This document shows, in pieces, positions 30,707 through 40,697 of a stretch of 64,000 nucleotides of DNA. A model generated the notes under the pieces. The model was not told where the DNA came from. It searched no databases and worked only from the letters and a program-made list of their open reading frames with translations. The DNA comes from an uncultured archaeon (GTDB lineage Archaea > Iainarchaeota > Iainarchaeia > Iainarchaeales > VGJJ01), in assembly GCA_964480125.1 (NCBI GenBank), contig CAYZNV010000003.1, positions 3,201-67,200 of the forward strand, given 5' to 3'. How positions within the stretch are numbered: the stretch's first letter is position 1; each line of letters opens with the position of its first letter. The translations under genes were made by a program, and so were the position numbers.

Positions 30707-32431
30707 ATGTCCCTCAACAAAGAAATCGCGGCCATCTTCTATGCCATGGCGGATTTATTGGACTTATTGGGAGTGGAATGGAAACCCATCGCATTCCATA
30801 AAGCCGCACGCACCCTAGAGAATTATCCCGAACCCATCGAGCGCATCGTGAAAGAAAAAGGAATCAAAGGAGTAATGGAACTCCCGGGAATCGGAGAAGG
30901 AATTGGAAAGAAAATAGTACAATATGTAGAAGAAAAGAAGATGGATGAGTATGAGAAACTAAAGAAAGAAGTCCCAGCTGGAGTAAGAGAAATGCTCGCC
31001 GTCCCGGGAATGGGACCCAAAAAGGCAGCGCGATTGTATAAAGAATTGAAAATCGACTCGCTCGAAAAACTAGAAAAGCTTGCACGCAATGAGAAAATAC
31101 GCGTTCTCGCGGGATTTGGAGAAAAAAGCGAAGAGGATATTCTGATGGGATTGGAATTAGTGAAGAAAGGACAAGAAAGAAAACTCATGGGAATTATTCT
31201 CCCATACGCACGCGAGCTCGCAAAGAAAATAGAAAAAATTCCAGGAGTACAGCGCGTAGAGTTGGCAGGGAGTTTGCGCCGGCGCAGGGAAACAGTCAAG
31301 GACATCGACATCCTCGCGCTCGCCAAGGACGGAAAGAAAGTCATGGATGCGTTCGTGCATCTGTCGGATGTAGAAAAAGTCGTCTCGAAAGGAGACACTA
31401 AGTCCGCCGTCATTTTGAAAATGGGACTCAACTGCGACCTGCGCGTGCTTTCTCCAGAGGTATATGGCGCGGGACTGGTGCACTTCACAGGAAGCAAAGA
31501 ACACAATGTCGCGCTGCGCACGCTTGCCATCAAAAAAGGAATGAAATTGGATGAATATGGGCTGTTTGAAAGCAAAAGCGGAAAAAATATTGCATGCAAG
31601 AGCGAGGAAGACGTGTATGCCAAGCTAGGCATGTCTTATGTGCCTCCAGAAATGCGAGAAAATAATGGAGAAATAGAATTGGCACAGCAGAAGAAGCTCC
31701 CAGAGCTCATTCCTTATGAAAGCATTCGAGGGGATCTGCACACGCACACGAGTTGGAGCGATGGAGCCAATACCACTGAAGAAATGGTGCGGCGCGCCGT
31801 GGAATTGGGGTATGAATACTATGCCATTACCGACCACTCCAAGAGCGATGTCATCGCCAATGGGCTGAATGAGAAGCGCGTCAAAGAACACTTCAAAGAG
31901 ATAGATGCCCTGCAAAAGAAATTCCCACGAATCAAGCTATTGAAAGGCGCCGAAGTGGCCATATTGAGCAATGGAAAACTGGATTATGGAAATGAATTGT
32001 TGAAAGAAATGGACATTGTCGCGGCAAGCGTCCACTCGGGATTCAAAACCCCAGCAAAAGAAATGACCAAGCGATTACTTACTGCAATGGAAAATGAATA
32101 TGTGACGTTTTTGGCACACCCAACTGGAAGGTTACTAAACCAGCGCAACCCCTACGAGTATGATATTGAAAAAATACTCGATACTGCGGCGGAAAAAGGC
32201 ATCGCCGTAGAAGTGAATGCCTTTCCCTCGCGCATGGACTTCGACGCTGAACATATCAAGCTTGCGCTACAGAAAAAAGTCAAGCTCGTCATCAATACGG
32301 ACTCGCATTCCGTGCAGAACTTGGATTTTATGGAATTTGGGATTGCACAAGCCCGCAGGGGATGGGCCAAGAAAGAAGATGTGCTGAATACATTGCCATG
32401 GAAAAAATTCCAAAAAGAAATGATGAAATAA
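30707..32431 (+). CDS. polX: DNA polymerase X with C-terminal PHP domain (PolX)
   Basis: HhH repeats; GSLRRRRETVKDIDIL palm motif; PHP HTHTSWSDG...HS..D; 574 aa. Confidence 0.85.
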   Translation: MSLNKEIAAIFYAMADLLDLLGVEWKPIAFHKAARTLENYPEPIERIVKEKGIKGVMELPGIGEGIGKKIVQYVEEKKMDEYEKLKKEVPAGVREMLAVPGMGPKKAARLYKELKIDSLEKLEKLARNEKIRVLAGFGEKSEEDILMGLELVKKGQERKLMGIILPYARELAKKIEKIPGVQRVELAGSLRRRRETVKDIDILALAKDGKKVMDAFVHLSDVEKVVSKGDTKSAVILKMGLNCDLRVLSPEVYGAGLVHFTGSKEHNVALRTLAIKKGMKLDEYGLFESKSGKNIACKSEEDVYAKLGMSYVPPEMRENNGEIELAQQKKLPELIPYESIRGDLHTHTSWSDGANTTEEMVRRAVELGYEYYAITDHSKSDVIANGLNEKRVKEHFKEIDALQKKFPRIKLLKGAEVAILSNGKLDYGNELLKEMDIVAASVHSGFKTPAKEMTKRLLTAMENEYVTFLAHPTGRLLNQRNPYEYDIEKILDTAAEKGIAVEVNAFPSRMDFDAEHIKLALQKKVKLVINTDSHSVQNLDFMEFGIAQARRGWAKKEDVLNTLPWKKFQKEMMK

Positions 32432-32439
32432 ATTACACG

Positions 32440-32462
32440 GCATCGAATGAAAAAATATTCCC
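32440..32462 (+). terminator. T-rich tract after polX
   Basis: AAAAAATATTCCCTTTTTCATGG. Confidence 0.25.
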
Positions 32463-32710
32463 TTTTTCATGGAAAGAGAAAAAATAATTCAATTTTTCCG
32501 AGTGATACGAAAAATTTCTCACTCATCGATATGTATAACGACCCAAAAAGTAGATTTAAAAGTGCAACTCATGGAACTGTATGGATTCACCCTTGCAATT
32601 GGCGTTGATTTTTCGCCAATATCAACGTGACTTACCTACGCACTTACCTACATACCAGAATCAACAAACAAAATAAACGAGCCAGTCAAACCTCCCAGAC
32701 GTGATATGCC

Positions 32711-33517
32711 ATGATGTCAATCCCCGTAATGAAAACCTTCACCGAAAACCTCAATCAATTATGTACGGATTTCCAGCAGAATGTAAAAGAGAGCGAGCAC
32801 CCCAGCATCGATAAGAAAGTCCAGCTCTCCGCTGAGACATTAGAACAATTCCTCCTCACTCAGCACTTCACCCCCGTGCAAGAGAACACGCTGTTGAAAT
32901 TGGACTCAATCGCGCAACTCGTCCCCCAAACCCAGGCAGCCTATCGCTATTACCAAGAAGACCTCGAGCGCTCCTATGCGCAAGAGCTGGTGGCCAACAA
33001 CGAATCAGAATTGGACTTTACCCATTCCCACTTGCGCCGAGAAGGAATGCTCGCCTCAAAAGAAGCCCATTTCTCCAACCTCAGCGAACACGATCGTGTG
33101 CTCGTCATCGGAACGGGGTATTTTCCGCTGCATGCCATGGTGTATGCAGGGCAGTTCGATGCCAAAGTCATCGGATTAGAAGCCCAGCAGCACGTGCGCG
33201 AGCATGCGTCGCGAGTCATTGAGAGCATGGAACTGGATTCCCAAATCAAAATCCAGGACATCCGCAACCTCTACGCGCAAGCCGCCAAAGCCAATGTGAT
33301 TTTCGTGTCGCGCGACATGAATGATAAGGTCCCCCTTATCAATTCCCTAGCCGAACACCTCAAGCCCGGCACACGTGTGATGTGCAGAACAGGATTTGGA
33401 TTGCGCGCCATGCTCCACGCCCACGTGCCCCACAAACAATTACAGGGATTCACCCAAATGGGAGTATTGGACGCAGGAAAGAGCAGCTTACAGAGCTCAC
33501 TCTGTTTGCTGAGATAG
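32711..33517 (+). CDS. Rossmann/MTase-fold protein (possibly nicotianamine-synthase-like)
   Basis: VLVIGTGYFPLHAMVY GxGxxP-like motif in the C-terminal half; assignment tentative. Confidence 0.3.
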   Translation: MMSIPVMKTFTENLNQLCTDFQQNVKESEHPSIDKKVQLSAETLEQFLLTQHFTPVQENTLLKLDSIAQLVPQTQAAYRYYQEDLERSYAQELVANNESELDFTHSHLRREGMLASKEAHFSNLSEHDRVLVIGTGYFPLHAMVYAGQFDAKVIGLEAQQHVREHASRVIESMELDSQIKIQDIRNLYAQAAKANVIFVSRDMNDKVPLINSLAEHLKPGTRVMCRTGFGLRAMLHAHVPHKQLQGFTQMGVLDAGKSSLQSSLCLLR

Positions 33518-33541
33518 AACCTTAGAAAAAGCACATCAAAT

Positions 33542-33604
33542 CAGGTATCGCTTAGCGATACCTGTTCTCGGTCCGCCCGGACGAAACCGGGCCGAAACGG
33601 GTCC
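33542..33604 (-). repeat. Hairpin-pair intergenic element, copy D (reverse orientation, three hairpins)
   Basis: Reverse complement reads GGACCCGTTTCGGCC + GCCCGGTTTCGTCCGGGC, GGACCGAGAA, CAGGTATCGC-TAA-GCGATACCTG; overlaps the last about 16 codons of ORF 33552..34136. Confidence 0.7.
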
Positions 33605-34136
33605 CGCAGTGCGGACAAAACTTATCGCGCCAATCCACCCATTTCCCGCACGCATGGCAATGGATGAATTTTCCAGGAACACGACGCGGGTGCTCGCGCA
33701 ACCATTTTTGGGTTTGTATCAGCGCAAGGAGGCGCTGTTCAATCTTTGGAGCATTACTTCCATAGAAGACGCGGTGTTGCATCATCTCATTATGCTCATA
33801 CGCCACGTGCAATTCCTTTGAAACAAATCCCTTTGATTCTATTTCAACTAAATCATGCAAGTAGAGCTCGAACAAAACTTCTGGAAATTTCAATGACTCC
33901 GCTTGCTTGCTGAGGAAGAGCACGCGTTGCGTGGTGGCGACTAATACTCCATTCAGGCGCGCCGCCACGGGAATATTTTCTTGAACGGGAATCTTTTGAG
34001 GCAACATCCCAAAGAGGGGCTTTTCTTCTTCGACCCATTGCGCTTCAAGTTTGAATCCATCCATTTGCATGGGGAAGAAAAATAACACGGCCTCGCGGGG
34101 ATGCAAAAAAATGTGGGAAATCCATTCCATGCTCAT
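33552..34136 (-). CDS. Hypothetical protein with C-terminal zinc ribbon
   Basis: CHACGKW...CPHCG; the C-terminal tail is encoded by repeat copy D, so the true stop is uncertain. Confidence 0.4.
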   Translation of the reverse strand: MSMEWISHIFLHPREAVLFFFPMQMDGFKLEAQWVEEEKPLFGMLPQKIPVQENIPVAARLNGVLVATTQRVLFLSKQAESLKFPEVLFELYLHDLVEIESKGFVSKELHVAYEHNEMMQHRVFYGSNAPKIEQRLLALIQTQKWLREHPRRVPGKFIHCHACGKWVDWRDKFCPHCGTRFGPVSSGRTENRYR

Positions 34137-34176
34137 ACTATGCGAGGCGAAATTGGACTATTTAATGGAAATTATC

Positions 34177-34779
34177 TCACGGGGCTGATGCACTCGATTC
34201 CAGAGGAAAGATTGTAATAACCTTGCCCCGAACGAAAGAGGCATCAACAAAACCATAATCCAGGCTGTCAAAACCATATTCTATGTTATCGGAAACCGCA
34301 ACTATTTTTTGCTCGGGAACAATACGCTCGAACGAAGGAGAAGGAAACCTAAAAAGATTGAATGAATCAGGAGTGAAGGGGCTCCCAAAAGGATGCATAC
34401 GAACCACCACCCCATTCACTGCGAGATTACCTTCAGTAGTGAGATGAATACGATCCCTTGGCAATCCAATTACGCGTTTCACACGCAAACTATTGTCCAC
34501 GTTGAAATCAATGATGATGATATCATTTCGCTGCAATGGGCGAGAAGAATAATAATCCACTGCAATACGAATGGAATCCCCGTCCCGGATGGTGGGATCC
34601 ATCGAGTACCCTTGCACGGGTTTGATGATGCATTCAAATGAGATGCACGGGTTTTTTTCCTGCATCAATGAATAATTCAGGATAAAAGGTGCAGCAAACA
34701 CTCCAATCAAAAATAACAACAAACCAAAAAATAGAATCATGATACCATTCAATCGCACAATCGAGTTCACCTGACGCAT
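34177..34779 (-). CDS. Signal peptidase I, bacterial P-type (second paralog)
   Basis: N-terminal TM; box B QGYSMDPTI, box D VKRVIGLPRDRI, degenerate box E SDNIEYGFDSLDYG. Confidence 0.65.
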   Translation of the reverse strand: MRQVNSIVRLNGIMILFFGLLLFLIGVFAAPFILNYSLMQEKNPCISFECIIKPVQGYSMDPTIRDGDSIRIAVDYYSSRPLQRNDIIIIDFNVDNSLRVKRVIGLPRDRIHLTTEGNLAVNGVVVRMHPFGSPFTPDSFNLFRFPSPSFERIVPEQKIVAVSDNIEYGFDSLDYGFVDASFVRGKVITIFPLESSASAP

Positions 34780-34809
34780 GCAAAAATTAGTCCGCCTTGA
34801 TTTATTGGA

Positions 34810-35880
34810 TTATCGGCAGACATTCACACAAACCCCAAGCGTGGCATACCACCAAGTATCAGGAGTATACAATCCATTGGAGAATACCCCTGTTCCGGGC
34901 CCAGCAAATGAGGCAGGAGAAGTGGAGAACTGTAATGTAAGATTACTTACACCATTCAATTTCCCTTCACCCCCATTTTCACTAGCACTAGGCTCGCCGG
35001 TTCCGGTGTCGCCAGGCGGAATGCCGCCCCCTGGTTCCCCTGTTGAGGTATAGGTGCCTGAATAGAGTGGCCCACCCCACGCGTCCTTTTCGAGTAGGGG
35101 ATAATCATACGCAATATTACCATTCGGACCAATCACGCTGTCCCGATCCTGACACGAACAAGGGACTGACGAATTCCCAGTGATACGACAAGTCTGGTTA
35201 GCAGGACAACTCCCACCACACCACGCACCCTGTCCCCCGGCATAGGTGTGCTGAGCACATGACGTGCCAGTAAGACCGCCACCACCAGTGGGACCCCCAC
35301 CCGAGCCATTGCCGCCAGTCGAAGCGCTACCTCCACCAGGAGTCCCGCCACCCGGACCGCCTCCAGGAGTATAGGGCGAGGCATTGGATCCAGTAACAAG
35401 GTGATAGTAGAAAGTCGGATTACCCCCGACAACAGAGTGATAAATAGGAGGACCGGGGGGAAACTGATGACTTGATCCTTGAGTAGGAACAACAGTGAAA
35501 GGAATATCAATCGCAGTCGGAACACAATAGTTTGCCACCAGCGTGGGATGAGATAAAGGGCATGAAGGAGCAGAACAAACACCAGTTGCATCATCCACTG
35601 TCAATTGAGGAGAAATCGCCCCCGATTGACTGCCTAACACCTTTGGACCATTCGCCCAAGGACAACTCAATTCAAGCAGTTTGTTGTTCGCCGGAGCCCC
35701 TTGCGCTAGCACTACTTTTGGAGCCAAATAATTGACCTTCAAGTAACTTGCATGGGAAGAATCAATTGCGAGCACTTCCACTGGATGAAATGTAGCAAGC
35801 CCTCCTACGAACAACGCAACCCCTACCACCAAAAGGAATCCAATGATTGCGATTCGAGAAATCAAAACGCTCATGTTCAT
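34810..35880 (-). CDS. Secreted Gly/Pro-rich, Cys-containing protein
   Basis: N-terminal hydrophobic signal/anchor; GGGPGGGTPGGGSASTGGNGSGGGPTGGGG low-complexity core; 12 Cys. Confidence 0.5.
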   Translation of the reverse strand: MNMSVLISRIAIIGFLLVVGVALFVGGLATFHPVEVLAIDSSHASYLKVNYLAPKVVLAQGAPANNKLLELSCPWANGPKVLGSQSGAISPQLTVDDATGVCSAPSCPLSHPTLVANYCVPTAIDIPFTVVPTQGSSHQFPPGPPIYHSVVGGNPTFYYHLVTGSNASPYTPGGGPGGGTPGGGSASTGGNGSGGGPTGGGGLTGTSCAQHTYAGGQGAWCGGSCPANQTCRITGNSSVPCSCQDRDSVIGPNGNIAYDYPLLEKDAWGGPLYSGTYTSTGEPGGGIPPGDTGTGEPSASENGGEGKLNGVSNLTLQFSTSPASFAGPGTGVFSNGLYTPDTWWYATLGVCVNVCR

Positions 35881-36659
35881 GCGTTCTTGGTGCATACATT
35901 CACCATATTCCCCACGTGACCCGCGAAGAATGAGATATCATAATTGATGATGGTTCCTGAAGCATATACCGGCGTCAAAGTATACGTCAAACCCAATCCA
36001 TTAGGTTCGAAATAATATCCCTTTGACGTGTAAGTAATCCCGCCAATCGTGGGACATGCAATCTGATTTGCGCCATTAGGGCAGTTTGCTGCTGAATAAG
36101 TCGAAACCTGCGATTGCAAATCAAATGGCTGACCAGGCGCCGCCACCGGCAACGGGCCTCCTGCGATTGGGCATTTCATGTAAATCACATCATTCCCTGC
36201 AGCCGCTGCAATAATCTGGTCGCGGGTCCAGGTCTCAAGATGATTAGAATTCAGCGCCAGATTCGCAGTATTCGCTGTAACGGCACTCTCTGCAACAACT
36301 CCAGAACCCGTACCCCATGCTGCCGCTTGGACAAACTTTTGCATCGTCGCTAGTGGTTCAGGAACGGGAACGCCTGCAACAGTAGGAGTAATGGGCGCCG
36401 GCCAACCGGAAGGCCAACCACTAAAGGCTTGAGTGAAATCAATTTCTCCCACGGGATGACTAACTGCACCCGAACCGGGAGTCGAACCCGCTTGAGCAGA
36501 AACACCCACGATCAAACCAAGTGCCACCAATCCCACCACTGCAACCACCACTAAATGCGTAGGAATCGAAATCGCACTCGTGCCAGGAGAAGCACGCGAA
36601 GTAGTCGATTGTTGACTGGAATGTTTTTTTTCAGAAAAGCGTCCGGGCATGTGACACAC
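35877..36659 (-). CDS. Secreted protein with N-terminal TM anchor
   Basis: HLVVVAVVGLVALGLIVGVSAQA signal-like segment; ATGA-type overlap with the downstream gene. Confidence 0.5.
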   Translation of the reverse strand: MCHMPGRFSEKKHSSQQSTTSRASPGTSAISIPTHLVVVAVVGLVALGLIVGVSAQAGSTPGSGAVSHPVGEIDFTQAFSGWPSGWPAPITPTVAGVPVPEPLATMQKFVQAAAWGTGSGVVAESAVTANTANLALNSNHLETWTRDQIIAAAAGNDVIYMKCPIAGGPLPVAAPGQPFDLQSQVSTYSAANCPNGANQIACPTIGGITYTSKGYYFEPNGLGLTYTLTPVYASGTIINYDISFFAGHVGNMVNVCTKNA

Positions 36660-36746
36660 CTATGCAAGAGGGACAAATGCCGCCTATAAATACCTTGCTC
36701 CACTCCTGTCGCGCAGAACCATACAAAAATGCACCCAAAGCCACTC

Positions 36747-37844
36747 TCATCCAAAGAACTCATTCAAGCGCTTCTGCTTGGGAGGAGAAGCAAAGCCCCC
36801 CACGCGCAAACCCGCCCGGCGCAAGGGAAGAGGAGCATTCAGGAGAAGGGATTGGAACAATTGCTCGGCCTCCAAAAAAAATTGCTCGGAAGAAACGCAT
36901 GGAACATGAAGCGTCGTGGAGCGAGTCATCTGTTTCAGCGCAATATCAATCCCAACCACACTAATCTGAGTGAAAAACTTTCCCTGCGCCGCGGTCTCAT
37001 CCCATAATTCTTGGGACTTTTCTCTCACGAGCTCGCGCAAGTCATTCCAATCCTGCGTGTCGCGCTGCAGCGTCCAAATGCTCGAGCGCTGTTGCTTCTC
37101 ATAATTCGTCTCGAGTGGAGACTCATCCACTCCCCGAGAAGCATGGAAGAAATACTGTCCGCGCGCCGCACCAAAAAGAGAAACCAACTCGCTCGCACCC
37201 CCACTGCGGAGCTGCGCAATCGATAGGATGTTTTTTTCGGAAAGCAATTGCTCGGTCTTGGGACCCACTCCCAGTAATGCCTTCACGGGCAATGGATCCA
37301 AAAAAGACTGCACCTCATCGGGCCTCACCACTGTGAAACCATTTGGCTTTCTAAAATCAGAAGCAATCTTTGCTACTAACTTATTGGGGGCAATCCCAAT
37401 AGAACAACCCAAATTAAATTCCTTCAAAATCTTTTGTTGAAATTCCCTCATGAGCTTCTCGGCAAGCCCATAGTCTCCCTGCGCTTTCTGCGTGAGATCG
37501 GCATACGCTTCATCGATGCTCGCCATCTCCACCGCATCCCCATACGCAAATAGCTTCGTGAAGATTTGCTCGGAAAGCTGACCATACAGCGTATGATTCA
37601 CCGGTAAAAAATGACCCAATGGACATAAGGACTTCGCCTGCGCGATGGGCATGCCGGCTTTCACTCCTAGCTTGCGCGCATCATAACTCGCAGAGCTCAC
37701 GACTCCCGAATCCAGCGTGCGACCCGAAAAAACGCACACCACGATGGGTTCATTCTTCCACTCGGGATGGGCATTCGCCTCAATGGAAGCGAAGAAGGCA
37801 TTCATGTCCACGTGCGCAATAATCCGAGCCGGCATAACCATCAT
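36747..37844 (-). CDS. dinB: DNA polymerase IV (Y-family, DinB/Dpo4)
   Basis: IAHVDMNAFFASIE N-terminus, catalytic motifs and little-finger domain; 365 aa. Confidence 0.85.
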   Translation of the reverse strand: MMVMPARIIAHVDMNAFFASIEANAHPEWKNEPIVVCVFSGRTLDSGVVSSASYDARKLGVKAGMPIAQAKSLCPLGHFLPVNHTLYGQLSEQIFTKLFAYGDAVEMASIDEAYADLTQKAQGDYGLAEKLMREFQQKILKEFNLGCSIGIAPNKLVAKIASDFRKPNGFTVVRPDEVQSFLDPLPVKALLGVGPKTEQLLSEKNILSIAQLRSGGASELVSLFGAARGQYFFHASRGVDESPLETNYEKQQRSSIWTLQRDTQDWNDLRELVREKSQELWDETAAQGKFFTQISVVGIDIALKQMTRSTTLHVPCVSSEQFFLEAEQLFQSLLLNAPLPLRRAGLRVGGFASPPKQKRLNEFFG

Positions 37845-37903
37845 TCTCCTCGCAAGGAGAAAATACTATTGCTTGAACCATGGGTAATTAAAAGTCCATT
37901 TTC

Positions 37904-38275
37904 GTGATGGTATATATCGCGCTCTTCCAGCGGAAAATAGGTGAAACCATGGTACAAGAACTCAACTCCAACAGCTTCCAATCCAATGTCCTTGAGAGCA
38001 AGCTCCCCGTCATCGTGGATTTCTGGGCAGCATGGTGCGGCCCCTGCAAGCTGCTTTCTCCCATTTTCGAGGATTTAGAGAAAGAATTCAAAGGAAAATT
38101 GCACTTCACCAAAATCAATGTGGATGAGAATCCTGCCATCGCGCAGAATTATGACATCATGAGCATTCCCTGCTTAGTGCTATTCCACAAAGGAAAAGAA
38201 GCCGAACGATTTGTGGGATTGATGCAGAAAGCCGAATTGAAGAAACTCATCAGCGATGCGTTACAGAAAATCTAA
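37904..38275 (+). CDS. trxA: Thioredoxin
   Basis: WCGPCK active site. Confidence 0.8.
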   Translation: MMVYIALFQRKIGETMVQELNSNSFQSNVLESKLPVIVDFWAAWCGPCKLLSPIFEDLEKEFKGKLHFTKINVDENPAIAQNYDIMSIPCLVLFHKGKEAERFVGLMQKAELKKLISDALQKI

Positions 38276-38300
38276 CGCACCCACTATCCTTTTTTTATTG
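38276..38300 (+). terminator. Oligo-T tract after trxA
   Basis: CGCACCCACTATCCTTTTTTTATTGG. Confidence 0.3.
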
Positions 38301-38303
38301 GAC

Positions 38304-38957
38304 TTATTTCACTACAAAATAAATTCCACGCGCATAACGCTGCAATTCCGCAACGAAGCGCTTAGGGATCATCTTTTTCCGCGAGATGGCCCAAATCCTA
38401 AAATGGTGCGCGTGCACCTCAAAGGCATTCCATCCACGCGAGGAAAAACGCAACTCCACGTGAGACGCATCCACGTGCACGCGCTTGAGGGGGGGATGCA
38501 ATAGTAGTGCGTCCGCGAGCGAAACCGATTTCGCATTCGCCTTCACAGGAAAAAGCATGGACTCATCCAATGGAATGTGATGCGACGCAATCCATTTCAT
38601 CCAACCCGAGGAACGCTGCTTCTTCCCAGCGGCAGGAAGCAAAAATGCCAAGCGCTTCGCGAGAGAATGAAAGAAACGCGCTTTCGCCGTAGAAAAAGAA
38701 TGCCGCGCACGATGAGGAGCCGAGCGCACGCGATGGGAAAGCGAAGAAGGAATATGAGAAATACGCACCACCATCGTGCGCCACACCCTCTCAAATGAAG
38801 GAATTTTTTTTTCCTGATTGTAAATCGAAAGCAATGTCGCGGCGAACGACAACAACGCAAGCAGGGCCACTAACCAAAGCCACCCCCACCCAGAAAGGGA
38901 AGCAAACGAAACGAGCTGGAGCAATACACTCATACTCCCACGCAAAAAATCCAACAA
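38304..38957 (-). CDS. Hypothetical membrane-anchored protein
   Basis: Two N-terminal TM helices; R/H-rich remainder. Confidence 0.3.
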   Translation of the reverse strand: MLDFLRGSMSVLLQLVSFASLSGWGWLWLVALLALLSFAATLLSIYNQEKKIPSFERVWRTMVVRISHIPSSLSHRVRSAPHRARHSFSTAKARFFHSLAKRLAFLLPAAGKKQRSSGWMKWIASHHIPLDESMLFPVKANAKSVSLADALLLHPPLKRVHVDASHVELRFSSRGWNAFEVHAHHFRIWAISRKKMIPKRFVAELQRYARGIYFVVK

Positions 38958-39002
38958 TATAAATGACCGCTATGCCTGTGCATCGCGCGGTGGGATATTA
39001 CT

Positions 39003-39752
39003 TCAAATCCCCGGCGCCGCCCCTAACCACGAACCAATGAGGAATCCCGCGAGCGCAGCTCCGGTTCCAATAAGCGCCAATTCGATCCCTGAGCGCCACC
39101 ACACAATTTTGGTAAAGCGTCCCTTTATTGCGCCGGCAATGAAAAGCACCACCAAGGAAAAGGGAACAGAAATTTCAATCGCCGTCTTCACGGGAAACAA
39201 AAAGAAAGGAATCAATGGGAATATCGCCCCGATGAGAGCAGCAATACCCACTACTATGCCCGAACGCAATGGAGACTCGCCGTCCTTGAAGAGCTTCAAT
39301 TCCTCCTCCATCATCACCTGCAACCAACGCGCACGATTCGAGGTGAGTTTCTTCACTACTAGTTCAAGCTCTTTCCCGCGAAAACCCTTTTCATAATAAA
39401 TACGCCGCACTTCCTCTCGTTCTTCTCCTGGCGCGCGCGCAATCTCATCCTCTTCGCGCTTCTTTTCACGATCATAGAATTCCAACGCAGCCTTGCTCGA
39501 GGTGTAAGCAACCGCTCCCATGGAAATCCCTTCCGCAAACATCGCCGCGAGACCGGAAATAATAATGAGGCGCGCATCCTGTGTGGCGGTTGCAACTCCC
39601 AGCACGAGCCCGAGGACATTCACCAATCCATCTTGCCCGCCCAAAATCAAATCACGCAACCACGTGCCGCCCTGCTCGTCATGGGGATCATGCCCCGTGG
39701 CATGGGGGGATTTCCAATTGCGCAAGTGTTTGCGAGGCATGCTATCAACCAA
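39003..39752 (-). CDS. VIT1/CCC1-family iron/manganese transporter
   Basis: DGLVNVLGLVLGVA and the C-terminal TM pattern of the VIT family. Confidence 0.7.
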   Translation of the reverse strand: MVDSMPRKHLRNWKSPHATGHDPHDEQGGTWLRDLILGGQDGLVNVLGLVLGVATATQDARLIIISGLAAMFAEGISMGAVAYTSSKAALEFYDREKKREEDEIARAPGEEREEVRRIYYEKGFRGKELELVVKKLTSNRARWLQVMMEEELKLFKDGESPLRSGIVVGIAALIGAIFPLIPFFLFPVKTAIEISVPFSLVVLFIAGAIKGRFTKIVWWRSGIELALIGTGAALAGFLIGSWLGAAPGI

Positions 39753-39785
39753 AAAAGTAGACTATTTAATGGCACGCGAATGGAG

Positions 39786-40592
39786 TTACTCGGATTTTGG
39801 AGCCAATGGTTCTTTCGCCACCACGGTGCTCACGAAAATCTCCCCAAATAAGGTGTCTTGCCACGCGGCGAGCTTTCCTCCATTCACCAAAAAAAGCAAG
39901 CCCAAGAACAATTCGATCACGTGATTGGTTTTCTTCCCCTCAACCATGTGGGAAAAGAGAGCCAATCCTGTCGTGTCGGCATGCCTCTTCGCGGAGAGCA
40001 TGACTTCATCCATGACTGCGTTCACATTCATCCCTTGGAAAGGAATCTGGAATTGAGGCCTGTTGCGCCCAGAGAGCTCGCGTTGGACTTTTGTTTTTGT
40101 TTTTTCAAGAATGGATTCAATGCTCTCCACCAATTGATCCAGGGTCACTTTTCCTTCTCTCACCAAGCGCGGATTCACCAGCTCGGGCATCATCCCGCCC
40201 AGCAACTGCTCTTCCGTCAAAAGAGATTTGAAATCCATGTCGGCATCTTCTTCAATTGAACTCAAGCGCAGCGCACGGGCTTTGAACTTGAGCAAAATCG
40301 CGGAAGCCAAAATAGCATTCGCGGGCAAGCGCAAATCAGAATGTTGCATGCTCTTTATCTTTTCGAGATATTTTTGCGCGAGAATCTTCACATCAATATT
40401 CCAGGGATCCATCTTTTCGGATTTGATGACAGAAATGAGAATAGTCTTCCAGTCCGGCTGATCGATCAACGAAACAAAATCCTCAGGATTCTGCAACACC
40501 ACTGAGGTCTCAATCGTCTGCGCATCATCAAAATCGGAATCCAACTCATCCACGACTTCCTCGCGCGCAACGGATTTGAGTTTCTTGGGCAT
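39786..40592 (-). CDS. scpA: Segregation and condensation protein A (ScpA)
   Basis: MDPWNIDVKILAQKYLEKI...; start moved to MPKKLK because the ORF-track start overlaps the divergent KaiC-like gene. Confidence 0.6.
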   Translation of the reverse strand: MPKKLKSVAREEVVDELDSDFDDAQTIETSVVLQNPEDFVSLIDQPDWKTILISVIKSEKMDPWNIDVKILAQKYLEKIKSMQHSDLRLPANAILASAILLKFKARALRLSSIEEDADMDFKSLLTEEQLLGGMMPELVNPRLVREGKVTLDQLVESIESILEKTKTKVQRELSGRNRPQFQIPFQGMNVNAVMDEVMLSAKRHADTTGLALFSHMVEGKKTNHVIELFLGLLFLVNGGKLAAWQDTLFGEIFVSTVVAKEPLAPKSE

Positions 40593-40697
40593 CAGAGGAA
40601 GTAGCCCGCTTGGGCATTTTAAGGGTTGCCCGTTGGTGGAACCGCAAACATATAAGAAGCCCAAAAAAGTGCATCGCATAGACGAGGAAAAAACACC

